A stretch of DNA of 64,000 nt. Source: Octopus vulgaris. Its lineage: Eukaryota. The DNA is taken from assembly GCA_951406725.2 (NCBI GenBank), contig OX597815.1, forward strand, positions 12,772,001-12,836,000, read 5' to 3'. Position 1 is the first letter of the stretch, and each line of letters starts with the position of its first letter. The position numbers and the translations under genes are program-made. Of the stretch, positions 12,763-24,659 are shown one piece after another. Under the pieces are notes generated by a model. That model made no database searches, was not told the DNA's origin, and worked only from the letters and a program-made list of their open reading frames with translations.

Positions 12763-14012
12763 TACCAATGTAATCTTATTAACAATAAATATACATGTTA
12801 TAAATTTCAATACTAATGTCAATTCTAACTTTAGTTACTATTCAATAACAGCAAGTAAATAAGAATTGTAATAATGAAATTTTCCCCAATGAAATTCAAG
12901 TGATTGACATCCAAGTGAACTTGGGCAAATATGATTAGAAAAGTAATGCGGTACTGAAGCCAAAATAACTATTAAAGGAAATAGGAGAAAGAAAATATGG
13001 AAAAATACATTAAGCTTTAACAATTCCTACGAGTGTTCCTGTGGAGAACATTGTTATTTAATAGTCACACAATGTAATTCTGACACATATTTCTAGATTC
13101 TTATTATGCAGAAAAGGAAAACAAGAAAACATTAAACCACTTAACTTAATGTTGAGTGCAGAGAACAATACTCAATTATGACTATATTTTGTAAATATTC
13201 TAATTTCCATGACTAGAGAATCCAGACGAATTCTAATTCTCATAAAAAGTATTTTATATGATATTTACTAATGTCAGAAACAAGGACAAATTTTAACCAA
13301 GATACCGTCTAACTTTTGTCAAAACGACGCTTTCGTTATTAGTATCAATGAATAAACAGTTTGTGCCGTGAGCAAGAATTAAAACATGATACGAAACCTT
13401 GCTATCAACTGCTAGAACATAAAAATGAAATAGAAGGTCAAAAATTAGTATCAATTACAGCACATTCCGAAATAAGGTACACGATGTCTCATTTATTGAC
13501 GAAATTTTCATTTAAACAAACGTAAAGTCTAATCGAATAATAAATCCTAACTATGCGCTCTCCTTATAATACCGAGAACATATTACATCTACCAATATAT
13601 GCAGGATTCAGTCTCCGCAATTAAATAAATATCGATGTATACATATGTTCGCTTTCATATATGATTTTCAATACTCTTTTCTACAAAAAGACGAGTTCCA
13701 TATTTATCTTTTGTAAATTGTTTATTCCGAAGAAATTAGGTAAAGAACTTTTTCTTTACTAATACGTAATGTTCCTATTGTTGAGTTTAAGACATCCCAT
13801 ATTGCATATTTCTGAAACCTACTGAGGATTATTTAGGCTACGTAGAAATGGAAAGACAAGCATGGTCCACCTACAAATTTAGGTTGCAAAATCGAACGGC
13901 TTGAGGGCATTCTACATTTTTGACCATAGTAAACATATAGTATGTGCTATTTTTATATAGAGTGCCCCGTGTTCAGTTCTAGCCGCATCTGTCTTTCGAG
14001 TCGAGATATATA

Positions 14013-14824
14013 TCTATTTATATATATATATATAAAACTCAACTTGTGTGTGTCTGTGTGTTTAACTTCCCGGCACATCTCCTCCTAGCCAACAAATCGT
14101 AGAACCACCAAACATGGGTCATTTAAAGTTTAGGCGAATGAAAATTGAACTGCGCTATTTATGTTCCCAAATTCCTCTCGCAAGTGCAAAAATCGATAAT
14201 GTGTTTGTTTAGGCCTCATCCCATGCATTGAAGAGTGAACTTTACTCAGTCAGCTATTTGACGTGATCTGTGTTCACCACGCGTGCAAGTATGTGTAAAT
14301 TGCATAAAAAATAAAAAAAACAAGATATAAAAACGAATCGCCGTAAACATTGTAGAAATTCGGCAAAGAAATGAATTTTCGGGATGTAGCCTGGAGGGTT
14401 TTTTCGTATTAATCGTTTGGACTTTGTAAACACATACCAATTGTTTTCATAATATTTTTAACGCTTTGAATTAAATGTGACTATTTTGCGATGAGTCTGC
14501 AGTTTGAATCACTTTAACCAAATTTTAGCAGGCCGGATTTTTGATCATCAGGATACATCGCCAGCGACTCCCTGGAATCCACGTTGAGAAATACTGATCT
14601 AAAAGAATAATTCAACAATGCAATTATTTGATCAACAAAAATTTATGAAATGCTTCTACGTACTTCCTATTGAAGAAATGGAACACATAAGCGCAAAAAT
14701 AGAGGGCATTAAATGCTTGATTTTAAAACCAAAATAATTGAATTTTGATTGAACTTCATCCAAGTTTAGCTTAATTCGCGCGTGCATAGAACGCACGAGC
14801 GCACGAGCCGGGCAATACAGCTAG
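14013..14824 (+). mobile_element. Non-autonomous Helitron
   Basis: 5' A|TCTATTTATATATA...AAAACTCAACTTGTGTG; 3' GC-rich hairpin (CGTGC..GCACG) followed by GGGCAATACAGCTAG|T. Confidence 0.75.
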
Positions 14825-14847
14825 TATATATATATATATATATATAT

Positions 14848-15163
14848 CATGTAGAGTAACGGCTAAAGACAAGTTTCGGTCACGAATGACCATGGGATTG
14901 CACCATGTGAAAGACCAGCAGTGGTCCATGCTTATCACTCTCCCCACTGCATGCAACGCCATCGATGTTCTTCAAGGGAAGGCAGAAGCCGCTACAACTT
15001 GGCACCTGTGACACCGCAACTCTTTCCTAAATCTGAATGAATTGGAGCAAATTGAGATTGAGTCCTTCTTCAGGAACACAACATACAGACCGGTGAGGGA
15101 ATCGAACTCATAACCACAAGATTGCAATCTCGATTCTCTAACCATTGAGCCATGTGCCTTCAC
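14848..15163 (-). mobile_element. Diverged tRNA-derived SINE
   Basis: Minus-strand head GGCACATGGCTCAATGGTTAGAG...GAGTTCGATTCCC (A and B boxes). Confidence 0.7.
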
Positions 15164-15574
15164 ACAAAGGCACATACACACACATACATAAACATACGCA
15201 GAGATAGATATATGTGTGATGTATGTATACTTATATACATGTGTGTGTGCGCGTGTGTGTGTGTGTGTGTGTGATTTTAAACTGCATTTGGTTTTGGGAA
15301 CTCAGGATTCTTGGGTTTGAGGCGTATAGAAGTACCTCTGGCGATGGAAGGATAACTTCGTATCCAGATCTAGCAAGATAGAAGCGCACAATATGTTATG
15401 CACGATAATCTGCCACCTATACTTCAAACCATGGATACTTGTAACGCTAGGGAATTGTCATCTGAGAGGTAACAGACAGGAGTAAGAAGTGAGAAATGCT
15501 ATTTCTGAAACGAGGAGATACAAAGAGATGGCAATTACCTGTGATGAGGAAGCAATCGCCATCTACATACATAT

Positions 15575-15995
15575 TCTCTCTTAATCTTTTACACGTTTCA
15601 GTCATTTGACTGCGGCCATGCTGGATCACCCCCTTTAGTCGAAAAAATTGACCTCGGACTTATTCTTTGTAAGCCTAGTACTTATTCCATCGGTGTTTTT
15701 AACGAACCGCTAAGTTTCTGTGACATAAGCATACCCCGCTTCTCTCTGCATCACTGCAAAAAATTCCCGTACTTGGCGTGATCCCTTTTAAAACGCATGA
15801 TTGTAAGTTTCATCAGATTAATCTTCTTTATAGGAGCAGGCTTTGTTATGCGTTAAAGAATTTTGTTCCCAACTACATGGTTCCGAGTACAATCCCACTG
15901 TGTGACACACTGGGTAGATGACTTCTAGTAGAGCCTCATTCTGACAAAGGCTTTTGAGTGGTTTTGGTACAGAGAAACGGAAAGTAGCCCGTATT
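15575..15995. mobile_element. SINE family B fragments (tail on minus at 15575-15725, head on plus at 15830-15995)
   Basis: TTTCAGTCATTTGACTGCGGCCATGCTGGA is the reverse complement of the family B tail; a diverged head follows. Confidence 0.7.
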
Positions 15996-17234
15996 GTATG
16001 AGTGTGTGTGTGCGCGTGTGTGTAATTGTGTGTGTGTGTGAGTGCGCACACTTGTGTGTATACACGGGGAACGAGGTACTTGGGAGAGAAGTGAGTACAT
16101 GGCTAAGAATTCATGCATAGAGCATATAACATGGGAGTCGGCATTATGAACCTGCAAGGAAGCGTCTAATTGGTCGCTCCACCCACAAGATATTGACGCC
16201 ATTTTTTATAAATCTACGATATACAAAATCGCTTGTTGCTCATGCCCTAAAAGCTTTTGGTGCATGACTATTTATTATATGACATCTACGATGAAGCTGA
16301 ACAATACCAAAAACAATACAACCAAAGAGAATAAGTATACCTCAGTGAACCAACCATTTGATACAAAGTACTAAATCTTCGAATGTTAACTGATGAGAAG
16401 TGCAGAATTAAGTTGTCCGCCTTAACGAATAAGTAGTGAGGGATCAAATGTACTTTTGTTACTTTTTGTCTTAGCTTTGACTTAGGAGAATCCCATAAAA
16501 ATGACAATTCTATCAAAGATTCTCGGTAATCAATGGAATAACGTGCTGTGCAATTAACACTACTACTAGTTCATTACTTCACGAGTAATAAGTTTTTATT
16601 TTTCCGTTTTGATGCCAAATCATCAAATTGGAATGATAGGAAAATGAATACTCTGAGATGCTTCTGTGGATATTTGGATTTGTTGCAAGTCATACCCGGA
16701 AAGACATTGAGAATTGGAATGTTGCAGCTTGTTTTGTAATCTGTTACTTTTCCCTCCAACATCTTGATAAGCATTGCTCTTTCTTGTGCTGGGATGGATC
16801 CAGCAACCACACTAGAGAAATTGATCCAATAGCGGGACTAGACTATTCGTCAACAGACAGAACATGATATAGATTCTACTTACATGCATGTAAATATTTA
16901 CAGATATATGTCGTGGAAATGTATTCTCCATCGACATCAATATTTACATAATGTTCAACCAGTAATTCCACAACCATATCTACATTTAACATAGTTCAAA
17001 GCTCGAATCAGCCTAAGTGAATATGAAAATAATTGGACATTGGAATGCCTAAACAATTTAGTAATTAATGAAAATATATAAGATATATGCGTGTCTATGT
17101 ACGAGGACGTATGTGTGTATGCATATATATGGATTTATGTATATATGTATGCAGCTATATTGTTTCTCTCTCCCTCTCTCCGTATCTCTTTCTCTCTGTA
17201 ATCATTTTCCACACACATTTGCATGCATATATAT

Positions 17235-17676
17235 ATTTGTTAAAAATGGAGATGCTAAATTTTGAAAGAATCGTTTCAAACAGAGATATTAAAACATGCA
17301 AATTCATGGTCGAATAATTAAATTAATTTGATTAAATTAAATTAATCATATATCACTGTTCTCCTCAGTGCAAGAAGTATAAACAAAAAAATTATTATTA
17401 AAGAGAACTTCATACAGGAAATAGCAGAGAAGGATTTCGGATATACATATTTATCCTTATCAAAATTACAAGGATTGCTCTCCGTAATAATAATCTTTAG
17501 TTTGTACTTCTTGCACTGAGGAGAACAGTGATATATAATCAATTCCATTTAATCAAATTAATTTAATTATTCTACCATGAATTTGCATGTTTTGTTATCA
17601 CTGTTTGAAACGATCGAATGCATGTATTAAAATCCTTTCAAATTTCAACATCTTCACTTCTCCATTTTTAACAAAT
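17235..17676. mobile_element. Fold-back element (Penelope-like inverted termini) carrying a hammerhead motif
   Basis: Inverted arms of about 175-195 bp (ATTTGTTAAAAATGGAGA ... TCTCCATTTTTAACAAAT) around a spacer of about 70 bp. Confidence 0.8.
17512..17622 (+). ncRNA. Type-I hammerhead ribozyme motif with long stem II
   Basis: TGCA-CTGAGGA-GAACAGTGATA...TATCACTGTTT-GAAA-CGATCG-AA-TGCA. The only core defect is AA instead of UH. Confidence 0.75.
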
Positions 17677-17850
17677 TTGCTGTGTTCTATGGGATACCTT
17701 TCAATAAATTCCCATAACACACCTTATACAAGTATTATTTTCATATTCCCAAACTTACTCCAGTAAGTTACCAAGAAAATATGAAGAATCTTTATTAGAA
17801 ATCGTTTTTTGGAACCCTCCAAACTAAAAGGACGAAGTATAATTCAACCT

Positions 17851-17897
<47 letters not shown>

Positions 17898-18573
17898 AAC
17901 ACACACACACACAAACAAAAACACACACGCATAACTCGGGCTTCTTTTATTGATCCTAGTCACATTTCATTTATTTTTATTCAGTATCTGGAGTTCGTTA
18001 TAAACCGCCCTGTGTCAAAAAATATCATTCATATCAGACGTTCACTCGACATCGTTCACACGCGCTTGACTCGGGCTCAGAGAGAGTTACAGCCCGAGTT
18101 GTTATCTATAATCGTAAACATTAAAAGTAATCCAGATTCAATATTTTGTTGAAACAATACATTTCTATAGAGATTAGAATTTAAATTCTAATCTATGAAA
18201 AGTTTCCGTTCTACAATATTGCAGCCGATTGCAGAAAAAAATAGCCAGCAACTCCGGCTAATAAGATCGAGCCGAGTAGTTGTAACAGACTAACTGACAC
18301 ATCTTGCCAAGTCTACTGGTGACAGTCAGAACGCTGATGTTTGTAGTGCACTACGCTGTCGTTATTCTGTGCGTCTGAGTGTAAAGATCAGTTGCGTTTT
18401 TCAGGGTTGATTTATTTTTATCCTTGACTTAGAAATGGCATAGTGCTAGATATAACGAATAAGCCATTTGGGGGTAGAAATATTGCGGAGAAACGTGAAA
18501 TTCTTCGAGCTGGCTTGTGTCTTATGCAATATCTGTCATGAGCCCGAGTGATACTGATGACTTTGAATCACCT

Positions 18574-18652
<79 letters not shown>

Positions 18653-18656
<4 letters not shown>

Positions 18657-18850
18657 CTATAAATTAGGGTATCTGAGAGGTGATTTTAGGGTCAGGGTTT
18701 TTACTGGTATTTCAGCATGGTGGTATCTCTCAGATACCCTAATTTATAATTTTAAATATCTATTACCTTTGAATGGTATTCATTCCCATGCTGGCCACTT
18801 GATAAGATCGATATTTAAATATCGATATTATCCTTATTTATACATTTATA
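18653..18850. repeat. Short element with 27-bp inverted repeat between microsatellites
   Basis: AAAACTATAAATTAGGGTATCTGAGAG (18653-18679) pairs with CTCTCAGATACCCTAATTTATAATTTT (18727-18753); ends in (TA)n. Confidence 0.7.
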
Positions 18851-19045
18851 TATATATATATATATATATAATAATAAATATTAGGGAATGAATCCAAAAT
18901 TACAGGGAAAAATCAGATTTAGTATTAAATCCAATTTTATAGTAAAATATTATATAATATAATTCGAGACAAAACCACTATTTTAAAACCAAACAAGAAA
19001 AGACTTAATCAATACATAAAATTTTAATATAAATTAAATAAACCG

Positions 19046-19089
19046 CCACAACAATTGTTTCATGTCTGCTACCGACAATCTTCAGGTGG
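19046..19089 (-). ncRNA. Minimal type-I hammerhead ribozyme motif
   Basis: CCAC-CTGAAGA-T-TGTC(GGTAGCA)GACA-T-GAAA-CAATTG-TT-GTGG; core intact. Confidence 0.8.
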
Positions 19090-19144
19090 ATTTTCGATCT
19101 TCTAATCAGTATCAAATTTTGATACTGATTAGAAGATCGAAAAT

Positions 19145-19188
19145 CCATCTGAAGATTGTCGGTAGCAGACATGAAACAATTGTTGTGG
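19145..19188 (+). ncRNA. Minimal type-I hammerhead ribozyme motif
   Basis: CCAT-CTGAAGA-T-TGTC(GGTAGCA)GACA-T-GAAA-CAATTG-TT-GTGG; core intact. Confidence 0.8.
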
Positions 19189-19394
19189 CGGTTTATTTAA
19201 TTTATATTAAAATTTTATGTATTGATTAAGTCTTTTCTTGTTTGGTTTTAAAATAGTGGTTTTGTCTCGAATTATATTATATATATATATATATATATAC
19301 AAGCATGCACACACACACACATACACACATATGCATGTCTATATGTATACAGGCAATAAGAGATCAAATCATAAGAACAACAACAGTAGTACTA

Positions 19395-19610
19395 TAATAA
19401 TGATTTGAAATTATGGTAAAGGCCAGCAATTTCAGGGGTGGAGTAAATCGATTACATTGTCTCAAGTGCTTTACTGGTAGTTACTCTATAGACCCGGAAA
19501 TGATATAAGATAATGTCAACCTCGGAAGAATTTCAATTCAGAATATAGACAGACGAAATGTCACTAAGCATTTTGTCTGGCATCCTAACGATTCTGCCAC
19601 CTCACTGACT
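19395..19610 (-). mobile_element. Diverged SINE family A relative
   Basis: Reverse complement of the family A head and core (GTCAACCTCGGAAGAATTTCAATTCAGAA...TTCTGCCACCTCAC). Confidence 0.7.
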
Positions 19611-19633
19611 TAATAATAATAATAATAATATAA

Positions 19634-20490
19634 ATGAACTTGAGCAGGAACAAAATTATAATTACCAATAATTAATGAAGACAATGATATTCAGCATGGA
19701 AACATGAAAGAGAATATCAAGAAGGGGTGTTATAGGAAGGTACGAGCACGTCTGAAACTTAAGCTACATGTAATTAACAAGGTGTTAACCCATGCATATA
19801 ACAAAATATTATCTATAATATCGTTAACAGTTCCAGTTGTTACTTATAGCGTTAATGTGTTGAACTGGAATGTCAGTGAAAGAAAGAAAAGTGATAGAAA
19901 ATATGTGAACTTGTATGATGCACTATCCAAAGGAAAATGTTGTTACTTTCCCTGTGCCCAAAGATGTCGATGTTTGATCCAGGATGAACTTTCTTACAAA
20001 ACCACCACAATTGGATTGCCCAACTATCCTGTAATAACTAACAACTGTATGCTAAAACGCGTTGAAAATCACAAATCAAGTAAGAAGTTTAACTCTGTCT
20101 AGAGTGAGAACAAACATTTTGACGTTGATTTCATGCATAACACCCCCGCACAACAGTCTGAAAGAAGTGCAGCGACTGTTGTTGCTAGGAAGGTGTAATT
20201 ACTGGCAATGTAAATAGTGCATGAACTAGAGGCTTGTACGTGGGAACAGAAACCTGTGCATGACAATTATATGGCCCGTAGCAAACAAACTGATGTTGGC
20301 CTGAAGCACGCCCATCAGTGGCTAAGACGTTCAGGAGTAAAGAGAGAGCGACGGCTTTCTCTTAGCCACTCAGGATCAACGCGTATTGACCTGAACTACC
20401 TAGCCATTATGATGAAAGAGGCAATAGATTTCAATCGCGGATTCTGCAGTGATGCAATTGAAACTGTAGGCTCCTAATTCTCTGGATGAA
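19634..20490 (+). pseudogene. R4/Dong-clade non-LTR retrotransposon fragment (post-RT region)
   Basis: MKENIKKGCYRKVRARLKLKL..NKILSIISLTVPVVTYSVNVLNW..SE.KK.DRK and W.QKPVH..Y....HQWLRRSG+K are typical R4/Dong motifs. Adjoins a (TAA)n tract. Confidence 0.8.
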
Positions 20491-20499
20491 CAAAATACA

Positions 20500-21301
20500 G
20501 CTAAGCATTTTGCACGGCGTGCTAACACGTCTGCAAGCTTACCGGCTTAAAATCGAAAGGATGACAGTCAAAGTCGGCTTTCGCAGAATTTGAACTCAAA
20601 ACGTTATGTCTGACGAAATGCCGTTAACCATTTTGTCCGACGCGCTAACGCGTCTGTGAAATCGACACCATTTTAGTGATAGTAATTCTTTCAAATTTTG
20701 GTACAAGGCCAGCGGTTTTGACCCCAGTGAGCAAGTGATATATATTTTATCACCCTCGAAAGGGGTCACAGCTCAAGGAAACGGCACTAAGCTCTGCTAA
20801 TTATTCGACTAGGTGTTTCCCTTAATAATAATATTAATCCTTTGTGCTATAGGTAGAAAGCCTGAAATTTTGGGGAATGGGGCTAGTCGATTATATCCAC
20901 CTCGGTGCTTGACTCGTACATATTCTATCGATTCCGACAGGATGAAAGAAAAAGTGGACCATGGTGGATTTTGAACTCTGAACGGGTAGCCAGTCGAAAT
21001 ACCGCTAAGCACTTTGTCCAGGGTTCTAACGATTCTACCCGCTTATCGCCTTGATTGGTTTCCAATCTTGGCACAAGGCCAACAGGTACAATATAGCGGG
21101 TAGGTCGATTACATCGATCTCAGTGTCCAGCTGGTACCTATTTTATCGATCTCAGTGTCCAGCTGGTACTTATTTTATCGATCCCGAACTGATGAAAGGC
21201 GAGGCAGACTTCGGCGGAATTTGAACTCAGAACGTAAAGACGGACAAAACGCTGTTAAACATTTTCCCCGGCCTGCAAAGTGTCCTACCAGCTCACCGCC
21301 T
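20500..21301 (-). mobile_element. Cluster of old SINE family A relatives
   Basis: Repeated GGATGAAAG..AAAGT.GAC...GGA.TTTGAACTC motifs; small internal duplication at 21114-21182. Confidence 0.75.
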
Positions 21302-22449
21302 TGTATGTAACTGAAATAACAATGAATCACTTCCCACTATTGGAATAGTAATTTACCTATCGTCATACAAGGATGAAGAGATGAAATCCTAATCAGGGAA
21401 TTTGTACATGATTTGAATTCAGAGCGCAAAAACCCAGAAAGAATAATCACAAGGCTTTCTACGGATGCTCTACTCATTCTGACATTTAGTCGTCCTACAA
21501 TCGGCATATATGTGGAAATGAGACAGACACGAGCAAATCGAAATTGAAACAGGATAAAAAAAACACAATATGTGAGAAAGAGAATCGTGCGTGCAATACA
21601 TGAGTGCGTGTTATGAGACAGTAGTATTGTCATTTATTGCTGATATTTTGCTGTTGCAATAGTTTTTACAGTTCTGAAGAATGTTGTTGCAGTTTATTAT
21701 TTATTTTTTCGTTGTCGTGTAGCCTAAACTAATCTCTGTTCCTAGAGATATATGATCAATGATATTTTAGTTGTCATTACACTTACTTTTTAATCAGACG
21801 TAGTATGCTACCTCTCTACACGACCTAATATGTCTTTGTGGCAGTAGGAAGAATTATGTGTATGTTCGATTTTGTGTACGCGTGTGCGTGCATGTGTGAT
21901 TCAGAGAGTGTGTACATGGGATTCAGAGACTGTGTATGTGTGTGCGTGCATGTGGGTGTCAGAGAGATCGAAAACAAGGCAGACGGAAAGAAAGGCAACA
22001 CAAAGAAAAATCACACACAAGGCGTTTCCTGGGAAATTATAAAAACAGGAACGATATAAGATATGCGCAACTATAGTGTTGTAGTTAGTACTACTACTAC
22101 TACTACTGATAACAAGTTATTCTTATAACTGCATATATATATATATATATACTTATGCATGTACTTATGTATGAATATATGTATTTGTGCATATGTGAGT
22201 GCATGCATGTTTGCATATACGTGTGTGTACCTATACGCATATATAGTATTTTTCGAATGCTTCATCGGTTGTGCAAATGTTTCAGTTTTATTATTTTCTG
22301 TAAAAAAATTCGGAAATTATTAAAATATTCGTATGAACTGTCGGGCTTTCTTTTATATAAATTTTATTTACCTATTCACTGTGCTCCCTTCGGTATTCTG
22401 GCTAGTATTGAGTGTCAGTCCGCTCGCATATAAGCCCTGAAGAACTTCA

Positions 22450-22503
<54 letters not shown>

Positions 22504-23544
22504 TGTGTGTGTGTGTGAGTGTGTATGCATATATGTATATATGTATATATATATGCATACATACATACTTACGTATGTATGTCTGTAGGCTACGCAAGGT
22601 TGAATTCGAAATTATGTTGTGCTGTGTTTAAGCGCTTTCACTGTTTTGAGAAGGCGTGCATTGACGTATGAACTACAAGTGTTTGAGATTAGCTGTGTGG
22701 GTTCTGGTGTTTAGGCGTGTTTATATGTCAGTATATATGTCTGTGTTAGTAAGTGTGTATGTGTGTATATTAATGCATCCTTAGATGCGTTATTACCTCT
22801 GTGTATATGAGTGTGTTTACTTGTGTGCTCTATTATGGCTTTCAACGTAATGTTTATTTGCGATGATTCGAAATCTCTGCGTTATGGATGTTTCTACATC
22901 GATGCCTCTCTCTGAGCAAGCTTAGTTTTTTCTCAGCCTTGTTTGAATTTTTAAGTTTATTTTGATCAACCACCCGCTCAGTGGAAAGTTTGTAAAAACA
23001 AAACACCATTAAAGCAAAAACCTGTTGTCTTGTTCTTTTCGGAATCCTTTGCGCATTCATTCATCCTTTAAATTTTAAGTTCTTGAAGATTTTCTTTTAT
23101 TGTCGTAAATAGTGGGGGGGCCATCTGGAGCGTATCAGTTATAGAGTTACGTAAATCTTCCAAAAATGCAAGTATGCGCTCACAGAACTACATAAATGTG
23201 TATGGGTTTGTGGGTGAATGTGTGTGTATTTGTGTGCGTGTTTCTCTGTGTGTATGTGTGTGTTAGATTTGCTACGGTCGTTTCTGCATCAGTGTGTCTC
23301 TATGTCACGTTTTTTCTCTCTCTTGTTAGAATTATATTGTTTGACCAACCACCCAATCGGCTGCAAGCTTTTGAAGAAAAGTCTTTCCAATTAATATGGC
23401 GTTTTATTTTCGCAAGCATTCATCCTTTAACTTTCAAAAAAAAAGATGTTTGTAATTTGTTATTGTCGCAGATATGTTGATCATCTGGACCGCATGAAAT
23501 ATATAGCAACGTTCGTTTTCCAGGGATAAAAAGTAGAAAATAGG

Positions 23545-23925
23545 TGTGTATGAATAATTGTATGTAAGCATGTATATATGTATGTATGTATGTGTGTATG
23601 TATGTATGCGTGTGTGTATGTATGTATGTATGTATGTATGTATGTATGTAGGTATGTATGTGTGTGTGTATGTATGCATGTATGTATGTATGTATGTATG
23701 TATGTATGTATGAATGCATGTATGTATGTATGTATGTATGTATGAATGCATGCATGTATATATGCATGTATGTATGTATGTATGTATGTATGCATGTATG
23801 TATATATGCATGTATATATGCTGTATGTATATGGATATGTGGATGGATAGATTGCTGGATGGATGGCTATATGGATATATGCGTTACGTACATATACATG
23901 TATGTATAAATGTATGTATATATGT
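23545..23925. repeat. (TATG)n/(TGGA)n microsatellite
   Basis: Directly visible. Confidence 0.95.
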
Positions 23926-24256
23926 GTTACTATCTACCTACATAAATATACAAAGCAATAGTGTTTTGCTGTTGTCGATGTTGCTCTTGTTGTTGGAGTT
24001 GCTGCTGCTGATGATGGTGATTATGGTGATGATGATGATGAAGATGATGATGAATATGATGGTATGTTCCGTTGTTTCCAGTTAAAATATTCTTCCTGCC
24101 GAACCACTTCTTGCCTAAACATGGAGCATTTTATGCTTTAGATGACAGGTTCTCTGCATCGCACATTTCCCCTTATTAAAGATCATTAAAAACAATTCTT
24201 GTCAGATTTTTTCTGCTTTCAAATCACTGAGGTTTTTTATGTTATCATTTTCTCTT

Positions 24257-24509
24257 TGTCGTTGTTTTTGCTGTTGTTGTCGTCGTCGCTGTTGTTGTTG
24301 TTCTTCTCATTCTTCTTCTTCTTCTTCTTCTTCTTCTTCTTCTTCTTCTTCTTCTTCTTCTTCTTCGTCTTCTTCGTCTTCTTCGTCTTCTTCATTTCCT
24401 TCATCTTCTTCTCTTTCTTTCTTCTCTTTCTTCTTCTTCTTCTTCTTCGTCTTCTTCTTCTTCTTCTTCTTCTTCTTCTTCTTCTTCTTCTTTTTCTCCT
24501 TCTTCTTCC

Positions 24510-24589
<80 letters not shown>

Positions 24590-24619
24590 TTACTATTATT
24601 ATTATTTTTATTATTATTA

Positions 24620-24657
<38 letters not shown>
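24257..24657. repeat. Compound triplet microsatellite (GTT/GTC)n(CTT)n(ATT)n
   Basis: Directly visible; the (ATT)n part abuts the 3' end of the Dong-like element. Confidence 0.97.
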
Positions 24658-24659
24658 GT

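Larger units (their letters stand above)
18951..19283. repeat. Near-perfect 333-bp palindrome (inverted Penelope-like terminus)
   Basis: 166-bp arms centred on T19117, with one mismatch seen (CCAC vs CCAT). Confidence 0.95.

Noticed and set aside
15305-15545. Two imperfect hairpins with hammerhead-like fragments
   Set aside because: The core boxes are too degenerate to assign.
16548-16867. Possible host exon in non-repetitive sequence
   Set aside because: No recognisable protein similarity and no convincing splice context; would need RNA-seq.
22335-22445. Split hammerhead halves (CTGTC-GGGCTT ... AAGCC-CTGAAGA)
   Set aside because: Only a 5-bp complementarity, with no GAAA box or stem II; could be chance.
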